Source: Eledone cirrhosa (taxonomy: Eukaryota). From it: 64,000 bases of DNA. The translations under genes and the position numbers were made by a program. Below are positions 11,640 through 25,936 of this stretch, piece after piece. The DNA lies in contig OZ024741.1 in assembly GCA_964016885.1 (NCBI GenBank), positions 230,082,001-230,146,000 of the forward strand. Reading direction: 5' to 3'. The notes under the pieces are model-generated. The model saw only the letters and a program-made list of their open reading frames with translations. It had not been told where the DNA came from and made no database searches. Positions within the stretch are counted from its first letter, which is position 1, and every line of letters begins with the position of its first letter.

Positions 11640-12900
11640 ACCGATGAGTTTCCTGGCGGTTGGTTTTGCTCGTAAAATCTGTCCAATGATTCTTTCCAGA
11701 GACAACATGTCTGTAGTATCGGAGCTGTGATCTCTCAATTCGGAGAAGTAACGGCTCTGCCTGGAGCGACACTATGGTATTCCAGCTACGCAGTGCTTTC
11801 CGTAACATGACTCCCCATTCCCTTCAGTTTAACCCCATTTCAGCCGCTTGCATTTCTGATCGTATTCTTTCTGTCATTATCCAAGATTCATGATCATAGA
11901 TAAAGGTTTGTATGAATAGAATTGAAGATGGCAAGTCTGATTTACAATTGCTTCCCTTCTTCTGAAGAACCAAAGCTGATGCTGGCACATTATTGCACGA
12001 GCTCCTGGAAATCTTGCACTTTCATCACCTGTGAAAATGGTCCCGTGATATTTGAACTACTCCACCTACTTCTGAGGGACTCCACTTACATGTAGAGTGT
12101 ACTGCGCAAGCTTCCTAGAGAGGGCGAGTGTTTCAGTGTACGTAGCACTGGTTTCCATTCCTGTAAGGCAGCACTCAAGTGTAAACCTGTAAAGTGCATG
12201 CCGAATATCACCTTCTAAAAAGTTAAATAGTAATATGTCGGCGGGAAATTCCAGCAGACTGATCCGAAACACGCCAGTACATATACAACTTCTATTACCA
12301 GACGAGAAGTCTAAGGTCTATTACCAGACGAGAAGTCTAAGGCCTCCCCATTTTTATTTAGATAAGGATCGCTGTTTCTTCCCATCCCTTCCTTCTATAT
12401 CAGACAGTCAGTGTCAACATGAGCATAACATTCTCGCATTAGGATATGTCGCTCTATCTTAATTATATCTAACGCTGTAGTGACTTCATCAAAGAAAGAT
12501 ATGTATTCGCGCTCTCTGTTTGGTGCATTAACACCCACAGAACAATTGAGGAAGTCATCGCAATTATGGAAGAAATTATAACCGAGTAAACATATTCAAG
12601 TACTGTTCAAGTACCCTGTATATCACAGTTGTAAAGCCCTTCGAATGACTGAAGCAATTCAATAAAACCATCCCGTTTTCCCCCTGGAGCAGACATAACC
12701 CGAGAAAACACATCATAATAAGTCGGATAAATAATCAGAAGTGTTGGTCCGAAAGAGGGCCTTGTAACGTTCACTGTTGCAAAATGTCAACAATGGGGTA
12801 GAAGTTACATCGTAATTCGGGCTAATCTTCCCACGATCCGACACCTCGAAATACCAATAAAATAAACTTTACTCTCAAAGACGGCATGTTACAATTAACA
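11640..12900 (-). pseudogene. Highly degenerate RTE/Expander-type AP-endonuclease region
   Basis: Minus-strand translation VNAPNREREYISFFDEV..CYAHVDTD..GMGRNSDPYLNKNG resembles the RTE APE pattern YAPN..GDFNAHVG..GRNG.PDLN.NG; many stops. Confidence 0.6.
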
Positions 12901-13144
12901 TGCCGGGAGAACGAATATTGGTCAACATACGATTCAGGTTTTATTCTTCGGACTAATCTCATGGTATGGCAATTTCCAGGTCATTGATCATCACACATTT
13001 TTGTAACTTATCACCGAATCCTACAGTTGACCATAATATGACATAAGCGTGTGCACGTGTTCAGAATCCATATCAGTGGGTGTCATATATATATAGACAT
13101 ATATATTTTGGTTGACGACTGAACAGATGTCTCTGTATATATAT

Positions 13145-13375
13145 GCAAGAGATATCAACATGAATGGACCTGTTATTTTTATCTAAAGACATTTTTTCAA
13201 ATTCCATCCCGCCCGTCCCCTCAATCTATTTTATTTCTCATTCTTTCTTCTGATGAAGGACTAGCGTCCGAAACATTATGACCCTCTTTCTGCTATATCA
13301 AGCGTTAACCTAATATATACCTTCCATATACTGTACCGATTGTGTTGTTATTTCTGTTTACCTTTTACATACATA
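13145..13375 (+). mobile_element. PLE pLTR remnant with partial HHR
   Basis: CTGATGA a ggac tagc gtcc GAAAC at 13250-13274; stems I and III not recoverable. Confidence 0.45.
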
Positions 13376-13950
13376 TATATATATATATATACAGACATCT
13401 GTTCAGTCGTCAACCAACATTTTCTTTGACCTCGAGTCGGTGTGTGTGGGTGTTGAGTGTGTGTGTACCCACTCCCATTAACTGTGACCGACTGTATTTC
13501 TACAGATTTGATTGATGTCCAGCGTCTTTTGCAGCTATTGGGATATAGAAACTTGATAGTTTTATGACCTTAACTGAAGTTGATAGCAGTCACTGTATTT
13601 TGAGTGCTTGATGTTCATATGAGGGAATAAACTCTGTGAGTGAACATTGCTAATTTTCTCCCTCATATCAAGAATTTGAAGACAATTCATTTTCAACTGA
13701 TGAGATCAGTGATAATTGATCATGGCTTCACGATCGATCTATCTCTTATTGAAACATGTGTCGTGATTAAAATGACTGGAACTTTTACCTTGCCTTCGGC
13801 TTTTAATCTTGATACTAATACACCGTTTTACATCATCTAGCTGTTCCCTTGAATGGAATTGGAGATATACAAAAGCGTGGAGAACTTAATATTGGTAACA
13901 AAAAATTATTGGACCGTTTACACAACCAATAATACACCTTTCTATATAAC

Positions 13951-14001
<51 letters not shown>

Positions 14002-14009
14002 CGTAGAGT

Positions 14010-14222
14010 GTAGTAGAGTGGGTAATAGGAACGAGTAGGACCCCGACGGCTGAGCTCAGGCCGTTTCGACGGCTAATTCTGTTTAGTCCAGAATTAGCCG
14101 TCGAAACGGCCTGAGCTCAGCCGTCGGGGTCCTACTCGTTCCTATTACCCACTCTACTACCCTAAGTATTGAGTACTTTGGTGCGTTATGGTCCACCTGG
14201 TTCCTTACCACATTTCCTTCGT

Positions 14223-14223
<1 letters not shown>
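14010..14223. mobile_element. PLE end remnant, fold-back through HHR stem II
   Basis: 14010-14080 is an essentially perfect inverted copy of 14090-14160. GAAAC GGC ctgagctca GCC GTC gives stem III plus GUC. Same family at 10248-10325 and 40893-41020. Confidence 0.7.
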
Positions 14224-14600
<377 letters not shown>

Positions 14601-14670
14601 TGTGAATATATCCATAAGCACACAAATACACATATACATGTGTGTTTATGTATATATTCACATCTCCCTC

Positions 14671-14752
<82 letters not shown>

Positions 14753-15149
14753 GAGAGAGAGAAAGACAGATGTGAATACATACATAAGCACACACACATG
14801 CATATGTGTGAGCGTGTGAGTGTGTATTTGTGTATGAACTTTTGCATGTAGGTAACATCAACGTGTTATATTCATTGAAGGAAAAGCGGCCTTCTTCTTC
14901 TTTTAATACCAATATTTCTATGGCTATCTGAAGACGTTAGATTCCTCTTGTCCACACTACGCAGTTCACTGTCCCTGCCAATCTTTATTCTGTCGCCAGA
15001 GGCCGCCAGATGCAGAGACAAAAGAAATCGTTCTCCAACCGCGCAAGTAATACCTTGTCGACTAAAATGTGACGCTGTCATCTGCGGTAATAATTGTCTT
15101 TGGCCATCAAGTTTGGTAGCGTTTTCGCAGCCTCTACTTCTGCTGTTGC

Positions 15150-15301
15150 CCTCGTCGTCATCATTGTTGTTGTTGATGATGATGATTTTCCTAATGATTA
15201 TGGTAGTGTTGGTGAGTGGTGGTGATAATGATGAGATGATGATGATGATGGTGATGATGATAGTGATGATGTTAATGATGATGATGATAACAATGATGAT
15301 G

Positions 15302-15332
<31 letters not shown>

Positions 15333-15492
15333 GGATAATGTTGATGACAACAAAGATGATAATAATGGTACGATAAAGTTGGTGGGGGTGATGCTGATGA
15401 TCGTGACGATGATGCGGATGATGATGATGACGGTGATGTTGATTTCGATGTTACTGTTTGCAATAACGTCCATGATAACGATGGTGATGATT
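15150..15492. repeat. Degenerate (GAT)n microsatellite
   Basis: Direct inspection. Confidence 0.9.
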
Positions 15493-16189
15493 ATTGGAAG
15501 CAATTCTGCACACATGGCACACCAAATTCTAATTTCCAGCCTATGTTAAAGAGAGAGAGAGAGAGAGAGGGGGGGGGGGAGATAGAGAGAGATAGAGATA
15601 GATAGATAGAGAGAGAGGGGGCTGGGGGCTGGGGAGGAGGAAGAACGAAAGGAGTTGCCAGTGTAACTTTGTTGACTATATGTTTGTTAGTGTTTGTGTG
15701 TGCCTGAACGCGTGTTTGTGAGAGATATGAGTGTGTGTGTTTATATGATGGATTTTAAATATCTGCGTATGTAGGAGAATGTGTGTATTAGTGTGAGTTA
15801 GTATGTATTGGAGATAGAGAGAGAGACAGAGAGAGAGAGAGACATGAAGATAGAGAATTGTGAGTGGGTGTACGAATGTAATTGATTTTTCAATCTCCTT
15901 GTATATGTGTATCTGTGCACGCGCGTCTGTGTGTGTGTTAGTGTGTGTCAAAGAAAGAGAGATAGAGAGAGAGGGTGAGTGAGTGAGAGAGAAAGAGGGT
16001 AAGGGAGAGATATGAATGAATGAGAGATATTGTAAATATCTGTATATGTCTGTGAGTGGTGGTGTTTTTCTGAATTTGAATGGCTTCGTGTGTATGTGAA
16101 GGGAATATGTGTATGTCTGTGAGGGACTTCAAATATCTATGTAAATGTGTGTTTTTCTGCGTGGATATATGTATATATTATTGTATATA

Positions 16190-17235
16190 TATAAATGAGA
16201 GGTATAGAGATTGTTTTAGCGAGAAGCTAATAGTATTCTATAACATATATGCGACTATAACGTCAAGATGGGAAAAGTAGTTAACGTAAGATTTAGGAAA
16301 AATAATTCAAACTCATCTCAAAAGAGAATCAGGATACAAATTCATCCACAGAATTTAGTGAAATCCAGGGAAAAATCAATAGACTTTAACTCATGATAAA
16401 ATAAAGTTTAAAACACTTATCCTTCAATTTGGAATAACATCAAATACTCTGTATAGTCTTAAAAGACTATTTCATGAAAACTTTCAGTGGAGATGGTCAC
16501 GGTTGGATTTCAATCGTCAGCAGAGCTCAACAGAAACCATGGCTCTCACAGTATTATAATCCGAAAAAGGGAATTCTAAAACTAGCTAGTTCGCCATCAT
16601 GTGTAATTATGAAAAAGCACATGAGGAAAAATGGGGCTAGTGACGTCAGGATGAAAGTGAATGTTTATTTACAAGAAATAGCAGTCAAATACATTCTGAA
16701 AAAAACTCTACAAAAGAGTTCAGCAAATAGCAATAATTATCACAGTTTTTATAAAAAAACCGGGATTAGTCACAGATAGTTTAAGCACTCTAGGAAAAGA
16801 ATCCGAGTATAAGTATAAATGAGAGGTATAGAGATTGTTTTAGCGAGAAGCTAATAGTATTCTATAACATATATGCGACTATAACGTCAAGATGGGAAAA
16901 GTAGTTAACGTAAGATTTAGGAAAAATAATTCAAACTCATCTCAAAAGAGAATCAGGATACAAATTCATCCACAGAATTTAGTGAAATCCAGGGAAAAAT
17001 CAATAGACCTTTAACTCATGATAAAATAAAGTTTAAAACACTTATCCTTCAATTTGGAATAACATCAAATACTCTGTATAGTCTTAAAAGACTATTTCAT
17101 GAAAACTTTCAGTGGAGATGGTCACGGTTGGATTTCAATCGTCAGCAGAGCTCAACAGAAACCATGGCTCTCACAGTATTATAATCCGAAAAAGGGAATT
17201 CTAAAACTGGCTAGTTCGCCATCATGTGTAATTAT
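16190..17235 (+). repeat. Tandem duplication (~420 bp; 16190-16610 and 16814-17235) in a possible decayed Tc1/mariner transposase fragment
   Basis: Near-identical copies about 624 bp apart. Translations KTFSGDG and MKVNVYLQEI weakly resemble the Tc1 DDE region; only the duplication is certain. Confidence 0.6.
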
Positions 17236-17679
17236 GTATATATGTATGTATTGGAATTTCGTATTTCTAAAGAAATACGGTATGTTTATAAATAAACATT
17301 TAGAAAGCCGAAGCTATGCAAAACACTGGCAGCTATCGCCACCTAGCGGTGTCCAGCAGAAGCATTAGGGACATTTCGAACTGAACTGGTTCTCGTCAGG
17401 ACGATCTCTCCCGCCTTGCGGGAAAACAGGTGAGAATATATGGTTTTTCTGCCTGTGTAAATGAGGTGATTAATCTCATTTGCATATGAAATTGTATAAG
17501 TTAGTTCAACTTATAATAGAATAGAATTAGAATTTAGCTTCGAGTATAGCTGTATACAAATATGTTTTCACCATGCCAGGTCTTTTGGATCGGAAGGGAG
17601 CTTTCTATGTGCATAATCCAGGATCATTTATGACCTAAGGGGCTCTTTATCCTTTTTATCAGAAACACACACACACACG

Positions 17680-17733
<54 letters not shown>

Positions 17734-17738
<5 letters not shown>

Positions 17739-20264
17739 AATCAGGAAAGAAGAGTGACACGGTTTGTTATACAAAAAAGGTTTTTAATCTCATTGCTGAC
17801 AATTGTTTCTCTGAACTGGTAGGTCTAGAGATCGCTACCCGCTTGTTTTCACGTTATTCGATCACCAATACAAAGTTATAACCAGTCAATTCATCGGAGC
17901 TTGTGAGAATGAAAAGAATATACAGGCATGGCTACTATATATATAGTAGTAATGGCATTCAATCAGAACAATAACAACTATACTAACAATGCTAGCAATA
18001 AATTATTTGAAATAATCACAACACCAATCTAGGTGGGAAGTATAGTATATCTACGATTTTAGCGTGTAAAACTAGCTGACGTGAGGCAGATGTATAAAAT
18101 TGACATGTAAAAGCTGTCATGGGGTGTATTATATATAGTGTAAAGATAAGCCGGTGGCTTTAAACAATGTAGGTCTGGTGGCCGTAAGAATCATTTATTA
18201 TCTGACAGATGAAGAATTCATCACTGTAGTGAGGATAGTAATATTTGTGTGGTCTATATTAGATGAAAGGGTTGTCTAGCTTTCTCATCATCAATAACAT
18301 ACATGTATAAGACAACATTAACAGAGTAGCAATATAATGGGAAAGTTAATACAGAGGTTAAGGAGGCAATATATATATATACATACATACATACACACAA
18401 ACATATATATATATATATATATACATACACATATATACATACATATAAAGAGAAAACATGCTGACTATAATTATAACCGGAGGAAGTTAAAGTTCTGCTG
18501 TAGTAGTATTTTGAAATGTTCTTGGATTTAGGTTCATGTGCTGACAGCAGCTGAGAAGAGATATATTTATGGGTTGATAAGGTACTTACAGACATTAGAG
18601 TGGTATAGAACTAAGAAGGCTAGAATGTACTTAATGATTATATTTCTGTGGTGGTTCATGCAGTGTAGTGGGTATCCTAAGTTGAAAGCTAATTTACGTC
18701 GGTTCGATTCACGGAAGTTTAAATCTTGTGAATTTAGTGGCGATCCTGTGTCTGCAGAAGAGTGATCTTTCTAACTTGTTGTTAAGTAGCCGTTTTACAT
18801 TTCTAAGGATATACAGTAATTCTAGATCACATAGCCTACAGTGGGACATACCCGTACTGTAGGTCTTTGCGGCCGACAACCTCGACCAGTTGATACTGTA
18901 GTTGGTGTTGTTGTCCTTAAGTTCTCAGATATTTTTGGCGAGGGTTGTAGAACCCATAAGTGCACGATTTTTCATTGAGTGTCTGTGCACATACCATCTT
19001 TTTTAAAAAGTAATGCCAAGTGGAGTTATCTGAGTTGACCGTACACATATACACTAGGCTCGAATCAAGGCATCTATTCGCCAATGGGCACCTATCCTGT
19101 AGGTAACAGTTACAGTTTGAGGTGTTATTTCGTGCAGCTTCTACACTGCTGTTTTGTACATTGCTATAAGTGGGTTGTGATTCATGCCCGTTGGGGTTTT
19201 GCTGCTGCGTGCTTGTATGCGCTTGCGGTTGTGATACTGTGATGTGTTTATGCTTATAGTTTGATGCTATGTTGCGCATAGGTGGGGCGGATTCCCTAGA
19301 GATATTTCTGTGGTTGATCTTGCGTATGTGCGATTATATATTTGCTGCCGTAGAGTATGAGAGTTTTATAGTTTTTCTATTGAGTATTTTATAATATCTG
19401 TGTGAAATAGGGAAGTGTTTATCTATTAGTTTAAAGAATGTAGAAAGCAGTCTGGTTTTTACAGAGAAGTTGAAGATTGGGTTGAACCATAGGTATTTTC
19501 TTTCTCTGATTCTTCTATTGTTTCTAGGGTTTACATTATTGGTGTTTGGACCGCTTACTCTAGGTGCTACGTGCCTAACTCTATGTCTAGTCCTGTTACC
19601 TCTATTTTTGTGTGAGCGGTTGGTGTAATTGCTATTAGATTTATTTAAGTTGTCTTTATTCGCTATATACTGCAGTTTATCTCTATGTCCAGCCCTATGT
19701 AATGCTGCGTTATAATAGTTAGCATGTTCATTAAACATTTCTAGGTTTGAGGATAAGCGGGATAGTCTAAGGGTTATACTACGTGCTATGGATCTGATTA
19801 TGGATTTGGGGTGGTTTGAGTTATAACTAATGTAGGCCAGATTTTCATTATTTTTGTGGAAAGGTTCTATTAATCCCGTATTTATATTTAGAGTCACATC
19901 TAGAAAGTTTACCTTCTTATGGTTCAGTTCGTAGGTAATACTTAGGCCTAGTTTTTTTAAGAATGTTCTAATGTTTTTTCTTAATCTTTCCATGCTCTGG
20001 TTGTTTAAGTTCCTAGCTATAAGGAGCGTGTCGTCTCTATAAATCCCTCCTTGGAGGTTACTGAATTCCTTATGTAGGTTGTGTGCTATAAATAGCCCCA
20101 CGACGTCAGTGATTTGCGCCGAGTCATTTAACGTGATCGAATAACGTGAAAACAAGCGGGTAGCGATCTCTAGACCTACCAGTTCAGAGAAACAATTGTC
20201 AGCAATGAGATTAAAAACCTCTTTTGTATAGCAAACCGTGTCACTCTTCTTTCCTGATTTATTA
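17734..20264 (-). mobile_element. Second Naiad-type PLE, 5'-truncated and disrupted, with inverted pLTR segment
   Basis: DSAQITDVVGL, GIYRDD, VNFLDV, WFNP, IKLSYS, CNCx5CPLx3C in ORFs 19334-20380 and 18917-19279; 20133-20264 is an inverted copy of 17734-17865. Confidence 0.9.
17793..17902 (-). ncRNA. Hammerhead motif, CCGAUGA core with long stem-II insertion
   Basis: gct CCGATGA attgactggt..~60 nt..accagttcaga GAAA CAATTG TC agc. Confidence 0.6.
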
Positions 20265-20429
20265 TTACTCCAAGTGTTTACAACATAGGAATTACAGCGT
20301 ACTCGCAACATCACTATGGAAACGCCTTGTTGAGTCAAACTTAGCCAAGCGTTGATATCATCCACTACCCGGAGTACCATAACTGGACTACACTTAAATG
20401 GACTACCTATAACAATAATTTGTCACCCC

Positions 20430-20485
<56 letters not shown>

Positions 20486-20942
20486 CTAAAAGTCTGTGAT
20501 CGGTTGCTTGCTTGTCTGAAAAGTAATACAGCCAAAACGGGCGCATAATGGGAAAATAATTTGAAAGGAAGTTTCCTCTGAAATGGGAATACAAATGGAA
20601 TAAATCGCGTAAATCGAAGCACGGGCTCCCGAGATATGGGGTTTTCTGAATTCCTTCATAAATAGAGAGAGGGAGGGGAGAGGATAGAGAGAAAGAGATA
20701 GTGGTTGTGAGAGGGTAGATTGAAAGAGACATAGAGAGAGCGAGAGGAGAAAGAGAATGGAAGAGAGAGAGAGAGAGGGGGAGCGCTGGTGGTGCTGTTG
20801 TGTATATATATTTAAATGTGAGTTTGTATATATATATATGTGTGTGTGTGTATGTGTGTGTATGTGTGTGTGTGTGCCTATGACCAGTGTATATAGATCA
20901 GACACCCACACACAGATATATATATATATATATATATATATA

Positions 20943-21463
20943 TGGTGGCTGCCAACTCGTTTTCGAGTACGGCCACTACTTTATATCCATGTAGGAGAAC
21001 CCCTACCGATGCGCTGAACGAATGTGACTTTTTAGTCCAGCCAGCGACTTGAAAACTCTGGTACAAAGACTACACTTGTGACCATTATTGACACATAGTG
21101 CAGGGCCCATGGTACCATGTGATGACAAGTGCAGAGAGATCTCCAGATATAAAGCAATGCCTGTGCTGTGAAGCTTTTATAGTGAGCAAAGGCACTGCAC
21201 AAAGCCAGTCCTACTCTGTTAACCAAGATGATATTTACCAAAAAGAACAAGTCAACATCATTGGATACCATCAGGGTTGCAGGTGTTATATCAGAGTTTT
21301 CCTTCTCCTAGAATTCTGCCTTGACAAAGGCTAAGGGGTCATCTCTCCCGGTAATTTTGGATGGCTATTGAGTCTTAAGAGCTCCCTTGCCCTTTGACAG
21401 GTTTTGTTTTTAGTCCTGCAGGATGTCCAAAGTCACCCTCCTCACCAAGAAACCTTGGTGAGG

Positions 21464-21465
<2 letters not shown>
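20943..21465 (-). mobile_element. Short non-autonomous RTE-derived element, copy 2
   Basis: Homologous to 1-445; encodes HKCSLCTRVFKSLAGLKSHIRSAHR*; RTE-type 3' end GGCCGTACTCGAAAACGAGTTGGCAGCC before (AT)n. Confidence 0.7.
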
Positions 21466-21494
<29 letters not shown>

Positions 21495-21519
21495 ATATCT
21501 ATATATGTATTCAAACACG

Positions 21520-21635
<116 letters not shown>

Positions 21636-21639
21636 TATA

Positions 21640-24600
21640 TATTATTCAAAATATTAACAAATGAAAAATATTCTCATAATCAAAATATATACTGTATTAT
21701 ATACATTTCAAAGGTACTGTGTTGTTTTTTCAGACAAAATATATGATTTGATATATGACATACCGCTACGGTCTTGATTATTCAATTCCAGTATTGGTAG
21801 TGATTTATTACATCAAATTTCAACATTTATATACCACAAATAATATAAACTTAAAGAAGAAAAGGACGTAGAGCAAATTAGAGATATAAGAGAAGGTGTA
21901 AAGAAGAAAAAAGGCGAGAAAAAACAAATAAATACACACATAAAAAGATAAATGAATAAAAAATAAATAAATGGATGAATGAATAAAAGAAATAAAGAAA
22001 AAAAGAAAAGAGGAATAACGACAAAAGAGAGGGAAGGTGTGGGGAAAGTAAAAGGAACAAGGGGGGTGGGTAAATAAAAATAAATAAAAATAAGGGAACA
22101 TCAAATAGAGGGGGATAGAGAACAAAAAAACCGTTGTTTTCAAATGTTAGATCAAATAGGACATCTAATCAATTCACATAAACAATTGACTATCTCTTGT
22201 ATTTGATTATGCTTTAGCTAATTATACTTATATATTATATCAAAATTAATCAGTATAGATTATTTTCTATAACAATCACATATTTAATTAAATTAAGAAA
22301 TGATATAATTTAATTTAACTCATAGATTATTATTTTAAATTTTAAGGTAAGATATTCTATAAATACTTTGTTACAACTTTAAAAGAATTAATCTTTAAAG
22401 CGTATTTAAATAATTATTAAATATGTATTAAAATATAATACCATGCATTTATCACGATCAATACATATAATATATTTAGATCATTTATTACCCAAATTAT
22501 TTAATTTAATTAGGATAGTCTCTTTATAAAATCTTTACTATTCTATAATTTTCATTTAATTCCTATGATTAAACCGCAGTTATATTTACTCTCAAAAGTT
22601 TTATTTCATTAATTTAATGAAAGGTTATATTGACTTCTGTATTTACTTATTTTGATATATAGTTTCCTTTTAATGATAGTCTTATATTATTAATCTACAT
22701 ATTTCATATCTAATATAATTTAGCAAGCTAGTCAAAAAGAAGAGAAATTTTTACAGACAATGTAAACAAAAGGAAGATAACTCATTCACCATATACAAAC
22801 ATTTAAAACTTATATCTACTCTCACGTCCAGCGATATTTCAAAACCATAAATCATCTATTGTCCAGTTAAATATTGAACTGTCCTAATCAAAACATAGGA
22901 TAACGAGACTCTTAATGAAATTATTCAAATACATATAAATATCAATAAATTATTATCACAACAAGGCAAAACTTATATATATATATATTTAAATTATTAA
23001 TTGTCAATATTTTTTCGAAACTTGTACATCTAAAAAATTACCTATTTTATTATTATTTTTACTTCTAATTTCAGGTCGTAATTTAAAAAAAATTCTTTAA
23101 TTATCTTCTTTACTCTATTTAATTCGCTATTATGATGTTTTTCTACAATAAATAGTATGTCGTCTCTATATAAACCTCCGATAATCTCCGGCAATTTTCT
23201 ATTTATGATGTTAAGGATAAAAATGATAAATAGAAAACATGATAAATAGAAAACTGCCGGAGATTACCGGAGGTTTATATAGAGACGACATACTATTTAT
23301 TGTAGAAAAACATAATTTAATAGTATGGCTGTATATTATAATAAAGCTGGATATAACAATAATATTGAGTATATAGAAAAAAATACTGAAAATAAAATTA
23401 ATTATAATCATAGTAATCATAATGAAAATAATAATCATAATAATAATCATAATAAAAATAATAATCATAATAAAAATAATCATAATAAAAATAATAATCA
23501 TAATAAAAACAACAACTTGATGAATACATCGGGGAAAAAATAAGAACCAGATCTATAATTTGGTATGCTCCGCCAGCATCTTTAGCTATTAAAACACCTG
23601 TAGCACATTTATTTTTTAAAGCTTTTGATAAATGCTTCCCTAGGTCACATAAATATTACTTTATCTTCAATAGACACATGGTTAAACTTTCTATTTTCAA
23701 CAACTATGAATATTGCTCAAAATATAGCAAAAATAAATAGTAAAAATTTTAATTTGAATCAACATATAATTAGCAATAATAACAATAATAATAGCAATAC
23801 ATTAGTTAATGGGAATAACAATAATAATAGTTTAAAAACCAATAATAGTAGAACAACTTCAAATAATAATGGGAATAGTTTAAGGTCTGTAAATAACATT
23901 GAGAAGAAATGTAATTGTAGAAAGAAGTCCGAATGTCCTTTACAAAATAATTGCCTTGACAAGAATCTAGTATACAAATGTACCATTAAGACAAATAATA
24001 ATATATATAACTACATTGGTGCCACTTCATCTAAATTTAAGGAACGTAAACCAGATAAGAAATTTAAGGAACGTAAACCAGATAAGAAATTTTCGACTTC
24101 ACTTTCACAATTAGTATGGTCTTTAAAGGACAATAATATTAAATACTCTATCTCTTGGACACAATTAAAGATGCTAATTCCGATCAGAACTCACCTATTT
24201 CACAAAATTGCAATCTTTGTAACCTTGAGACTCTACAGATAATTACAAATTATGACAATTTAATCAACAAAAAAAAAAAGAATTATTTAGTAGATGTCAC
24301 CATAAAATTGGTAAAACTTTCCAGGCAATATACAAGTTTCGAAAAAATATTTACAATTAATAATTTAATCTATAATGAATTAAATTAAATTATATAAATT
24401 CTTAATTAAACTAAATATGTGATTGCTATCGAAAATAATCTATACTGATTAATTTTGATATAATATATAAGTATAATTAGCTAAAGCATAATCAAATACA
24501 AGAGATAGTCAATTGTTTATGTGAATTGATTAGATGTCCTATTTGATCTAACATTTGAAAACAACGGTTTTTTTTCTCTATCCCCCTCTATTTGATGTTC

Positions 24601-25176
24601 CCCTATTTTTCTTTATTTTTCTTTACCCCCCCCCCCCCCCCCCCCTGTTCCGTTTACTTTCCCCACACCTTCCCTCTCTTTTGTCGTTATTCCTCTTTTC
24701 TCTTTTTTATTTATTTCTTTTATTCATACATCCATTTATTTTTTTTTTATTCATTTATCTATTTATGTATGTATTTATTTGGTTTTTCTCGCCTTTTTTC
24801 TTCTTTACACCTTCTCTTATATCTCTAATTTGCTCTACGTCATTTTCTTCTTTAAGTTTATCATATTATTTGTGGTATATAAACGTTGAAATTTGATGTA
24901 ATAAATCACTGCCAATACTGGAATTGAATAATCAAGACCATAGCGGTATGTCATATATCAAATCATATATTTTGTCTGATGGGGACGTACTGAAAAAACA
25001 ACACAGTACCTTTGAAATATATATAATAAAGTATATATTTTGATTATGAGAATATTCTTTATTTGTTAATATTTTGAATAATATTAAAAACTCCAGGAAA
25101 ACTTTTTTGTTGAGTGCTTCTAATCTATTGTAAAATTGTATTTATTGAGTAATCAACGAACCATACGCATCTTTGG

Positions 25177-25180
<4 letters not shown>
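21640..25180 (+). mobile_element. Third Naiad-type PLE, heavily deleted, with ~700 bp inverted pLTR arms
   Basis: Arms 21640-22330 and 24365-25082 are inverted. GGLYRDD at ~23268, CNCRKKSECPLQNNC, LVY..YIG, CNLCNLE. Decayed HHR tttgt CTGATGG..GAAA at 24971-25030. Confidence 0.85.
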
Positions 25181-25251
<71 letters not shown>

Positions 25252-25339
25252 CACACGCGTATATATATGGGCCTTCCAGTTTCATTTCACATTATATACA
25301 TGTCTGTGTATATTTTAATCATTTAAAAATTTTTTAACT

Positions 25340-25389
25340 GAACATGATTTAAAAAAGTGAACGTGACCCAACGGTTCACGGGTGGTCTA

Positions 25390-25391
<2 letters not shown>
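25340..25391 (+). mobile_element. Possible Helitron 3' terminus
   Basis: ACCC AACGGTTCAC GGGT ggt CTAG|T: short GC hairpin followed by CTAG and T. Confidence 0.45.
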
Positions 25392-25454
<63 letters not shown>

Positions 25455-25511
25455 AAGTTGCAAGGCAGTTACTTTAAGTTCTCTTAGAATTGTCTGGAAT
25501 GTATACACATA

Positions 25512-25592
25512 ACACACGCTGATGAACCTGGCTGAATTCATTTCAAACACTGAATTTCTGGCGAAACGTTCCCTCTGAGTTTGTACGTGTGT
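25512..25592 (+). ncRNA. Type I hammerhead ribozyme with canonical core, in PLE pLTR remnant (~25450-25740)
   Basis: acacacg CTGATGA ..gaattca/tgaattt.. GAAA C..G TA cgtgtgt; perfect 7-bp stem I; GUA cleavage triplet. Confidence 0.75.
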
Positions 25593-25739
25593 CATATATA
25601 GTTATAAAGGTGGGTTGTTTCATTTTAATTTATCTTTTTAATTATAATGTATCTGCCTCACCTATCTTAGTTTATAAGTTCCATACGGTAGTGGTATTAC
25701 CTGTAACTTGATAAACACACACTCTCTCTCGTGTGTTTT

Positions 25740-25778
<39 letters not shown>

Positions 25779-25936
25779 TATTTACGTATCGAGAAAGAGA
25801 AAAAAAGGGAGGATAGGTGATACATATAGTTATTTGCCAAGTAGCGTATGCCAAAGGTGCTCGATACTAGTGCCGGCAGTATTAAATATTCGAAGTGTTA
25901 ATATTTAGTGGGCTAGAGAGTTAGCAGAGCGTAAGC

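Noticed and set aside
14948-15376. Met-rich membrane-like ORF
   Set aside because: Produced by the (GAT)n repeat; no domain features.
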